From: the human T2T-CHM13v2.0 reference genome, Homo sapiens
Reading direction: 5' to 3' (one strand)
DNA: 64,000 bases
Assembly (NCBI RefSeq): GCF_009914755.1
Contig: NC_060933.1
A program made the position numbers and the translations under genes. Below the pieces are notes generated by a model that saw only the letters and a program-made list of their open reading frames with translations, was not told the DNA's origin and made no database searches. Below, in pieces: positions 60,420-64,000 of this stretch. The first letter of the stretch is position 1. Each line of letters opens with the position of its first letter.

Positions 60420-61255
60420 TCGCTTCATCTTTTTTAACTGCTTCGAGATATGATTCAGATATGATCTGATTTACCATTTAAACTAAGCAATTCACAAAAC
60501 TGTACAACCATCACCACGACCAATTTTAGAATATTTTTATCACCCCTAAAAGAAACCTGTACCCACTAGCCGTCACCCTCCATCTTCCTCAGCCCTAGGG
60601 AGCCTGTTTCTGTCTGTGGATTTGTTTATTCTGGCTGTTTCCTATGAATGGAGACATGGTCTGAGGCCTTTGGTAACTGGGATGTGTTCATTATCTCCTC
60701 ATATCCACTTCGCATGATTTCAAGGTCGACATTGTCACATGTATCAGTACTCCATTCTTTTTTATTGCCAAATGATTATTCCATCATGTGGCTATCCCAC
60801 ATTTTGTTTATCCATTCAACAGTTGATAGACATCAGAGTTGTTTCTAGGTTTGGGCTATTATGAAAAATGCGGCCAGGCCAGCACTTTGGGAGGCAGAGG
60901 TGGGCGGATCATGAGGTCAGGAGTTTGAGACTAGCCTGGCCAACATGGTGAAACCCTGTCTCTACTAAAAATACAAAAACTGGCCGGGCGTGGTGGCGTG
61001 CACCTGTAATCTCAGCTACTCCGGAGGCTTAGGCAGGATAATTGCTTAAAACCTAGGGGGCTGGAGGTTGCACTGCACTGAGCCGAGATCGCGCTGCTGT
61101 ACTCCAGCCTGGGTGACAGATCAAGACTCCATCTCAAAAAAAAAAAAAAAAAAAGAAAAAGAAAAAGAAAAAGAAAAAGAAAATTGCTGCTATAAACACT
61201 TGAGTAAGAGTTTTGAGTGTTTTGTGTGCATGGCTGTTTTCATTATTAGATTATT
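60420..61255 (-). mobile_element. L1M 3' end fragment with Alu insertion
   Basis: ACAACCATCACCAC..TTTTAGAATATTTTTATCACCCC..CCACATTTTGTTTATCCATTCA..GCTGCTATAAACA. Confidence 0.75.
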
Positions 61256-61720
61256 TTAAATATAAAGATAAATTTCCCTCCTGGCCATCTGCAAAGGCCC
61301 TGAGGCAGGCTCTGGTGTGGTGTTAACCTGGCGGCCAGATCTGGAGGAGCCTCGGGGAGAATATCATATGAGGTCAGAGAAGAAAGAGGGAGTTGTATAG
61401 GGTCTTGTAGGCTTTTTTGCCTGAATGAACCAGAGTCGATGAGTAACTCTAAGATGTTGTGAAGGAAAGATTTCAGATGGTGGGAGGCTTTTGTAACAAT
61501 CCTGGAGATTACTGCAACTTGGACAGGTTGTAGGTAGCGAGCAGTGCAGGTGGTGAGAGGGGTCAGGTTTTGGGCACCTTTTGATCACCCAAACTTCCAG
61601 GATTTTCTGGGAGATAAGATGAGATGTGCAATAATGAGCTGCCCAGGGTGACTCCGAGGTTGTCAGTCTGAGCTTTAGGAGAGGGAAGACTGAGAGAAGT
61701 GGGTCTGAGGAGGAAGATCA

Positions 61721-62104
<384 letters not shown>

Positions 62105-64000
62105 CTAATATGTACTTGGACTTGTGGATCTGAGCTTAGGGAGCGGTCTGTACTAAAGACCAGTTTGGGAGTCTTCAGTATAAAGTGGATAGTTAAAGCC
62201 AGGAGACCAAAGAAGACAAAGATCCCAAGGAAGGAAGTGCTAGAAATATGCAGAAATGTTAAGAGAATGGTGTCTTTTTTTTGTTCAGTGACCTAAAATC
62301 ACCAGTTCCCTAAATCCTTTATATATTTTATTTTTTGAGACGGAGTCTTGTTCCGTTGCCCAGGCTGGAGGACAGTGGCGTGATCTCGGTTCACTGAGAC
62401 CTCTGCCTCCCTGTGACCTCTGCCTCCCGGGTTCAAGTGATTCTCCTGCCTCAGCCTCCCTGGTAGCTGGGAATACAGGTGCGACCCACCACGCCCAGCT
62501 AATTTTTTGTATTTTTAGTAGAGACAGGGTTTCACCATGTTGGCCAGGCTGGTCTCGAACTCCCGGCCTCAAGTGATCCGCTTGCCTCGGCCTCCCAAAG
62601 TGCTGGGATTACAGGCGTGAGCCACCGTGCCCGGCCCCTAAATCTTTTAGTATCCTTCCACACTGTACCATCGCTGACTTGGTCAATGTCCTGCAAATTT
62701 CCCAGGTGCATTCTCCACCCTGTCTGGGTCCCCAGAGACTGACATGCAGGGATCTCATGAACCCTTGCCCTCTGGTTCTGATGAGATTTGCCACAAGGAT
62801 GTTCTGAGTGATCAGAGGGCAGGAAACTGTACCTGCAGCTTCTCCTCACTGAGATGATACAGGTTGGCTGGGTCCTTGGACCAAAGGGCACAGCTCCAGT
62901 CAGGCAGTGCCCCGCATGCAGCTAACCTCAGAAGTTCCTCATCTGTGAAATTCCTGGAAGGCTCCTCCAGCCCTGTGAGGCCTGGGGGCAACATCAGCTC
63001 CCCACTGTGACTTGCTCCAGGGTACTGAACCATCCTCACTGCTTTTCCTAAACTCTATCCGCCACGTTGTAAATGCTCCTTTTAATAACCGACCTTCCTT
63101 CAATTACTGAGTTTGAATGTGCTGTCTGTTTTCTGGCTCACAAGGTAAGCATTGGTGTTAGGGGTGCACTGCAGAGAAGGTCAGGTGAAGGAAGGATAAA
63201 AACAAAGAGGTCCACTAGGTAGAGCCTCGGAGCTTTTCCCGTACCTCGTCAGAACCTAGGATTTAGCGGAGTCAGAAAATGGAGCTGACAACTGGAAAGG
63301 CTGGGAAGGCAGAGACAACATCAGATTTAGAACAGTGCTCCTTTATAAGGGAATGTTTTCTTGTCTCTCTTTTGAGGTCGAGTTTCACTGTTTTAAGCGC
63401 CTCTTTGCAGTCAGTTTTATCTATCCAGCAATTTTTTGGTCTCTGCAAACCCAGGGGGAGCCCCTTGGGGCTTCGTTTTTCAGCTCTTGTAATGGACATA
63501 AGGATAGAACAGAAAAGAAGGGATCCAGGCTGTGGGAGAATTAAGAAGTAGAGCCAAGGACAGGGTTAGGGAAACTCTGGACCTTAGTGGAGAACGTATA
63601 GAAAATACAAGCGGGTTTTCTGAAAGCCACGCTTTCAGGGAGGACCCCCCAGAGACCAGAGCGTCAATTTCAAACCATCTGGGCTCAACTGTGCCCTTTT
63701 TGGAAGGCACCTCTGGTCCTGAAAGTCTTTATCGGGTGACTTCTCTGCGAAGAGAAAGATCCCATTTCCTAAGCCGGAGCACCGAGTTACGCAGTTTGCT
63801 GAAGAGATGCAGCCGCTCCCAAAAGTTTTACTTTGAGATTCAAAGACAGGAACAAAAAGAGAAAACCCCAGCACCAATTCAGAGCTGTACTCGAGGTTGA
63901 CGATCTATCTCTCCAGCACCTCTGAAAGTGAATGTTTTAACAAAGTGAAAGCTCCCTCCAGCTTGGGGCAATGCTGTGGGTGGAGACAGGAAATGCACAG

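Noticed and set aside
63180-64000. Several overlapping ORFs (e.g. 63532..63900, 122 aa) in mildly CpG-rich unique sequence
   Set aside because: No recognisable protein similarity or splice context. It could be an enhancer, but that cannot be supported from sequence.

Overview
Human (primate) genomic DNA from the middle of FNBP1 (formin-binding protein 1/FBP17, F-BAR-HR1-SH3 family). The gene is transcribed on the minus strand. Eleven coding exons can be traced with exact GT-AG boundaries and consistent phases. By recall of the 617-aa protein they are exons 5-15 (about aa 116-563); the start and stop lie outside the window. The rest is intron with roughly 90 Alu pieces (about 40% of the window by eye count), ancient L1/L2/MIR fragments, a THE1 solo LTR, a MER21-type LTR, MER3, MER20, a MADE1 MITE and microsatellites. 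Nearly all ORFs in the supplied track are Alu read-through artefacts. No prokaryote-type system (CRISPR, operon) and no RNA gene is supported. The most interesting unexplained signal is a transposon-poor splicing/polyadenylation hub in introns 9-10, between the F-BAR and HR1 coding regions. It contains a 220-nt AG-free zone before exon 10, two strong extra acceptors in intron 9 that lead straight to stop codons, a candidate in-frame 84-nt cassette or alternative last exon with a poly(A) signal, a CpG-rich hairpin cluster inside a candidate poison exon, and several RBFOX motifs around a 15-nt microexon. These could produce F-BAR-only or NMD isoforms. This is inference from sequence alone, and some elements may already be annotated.
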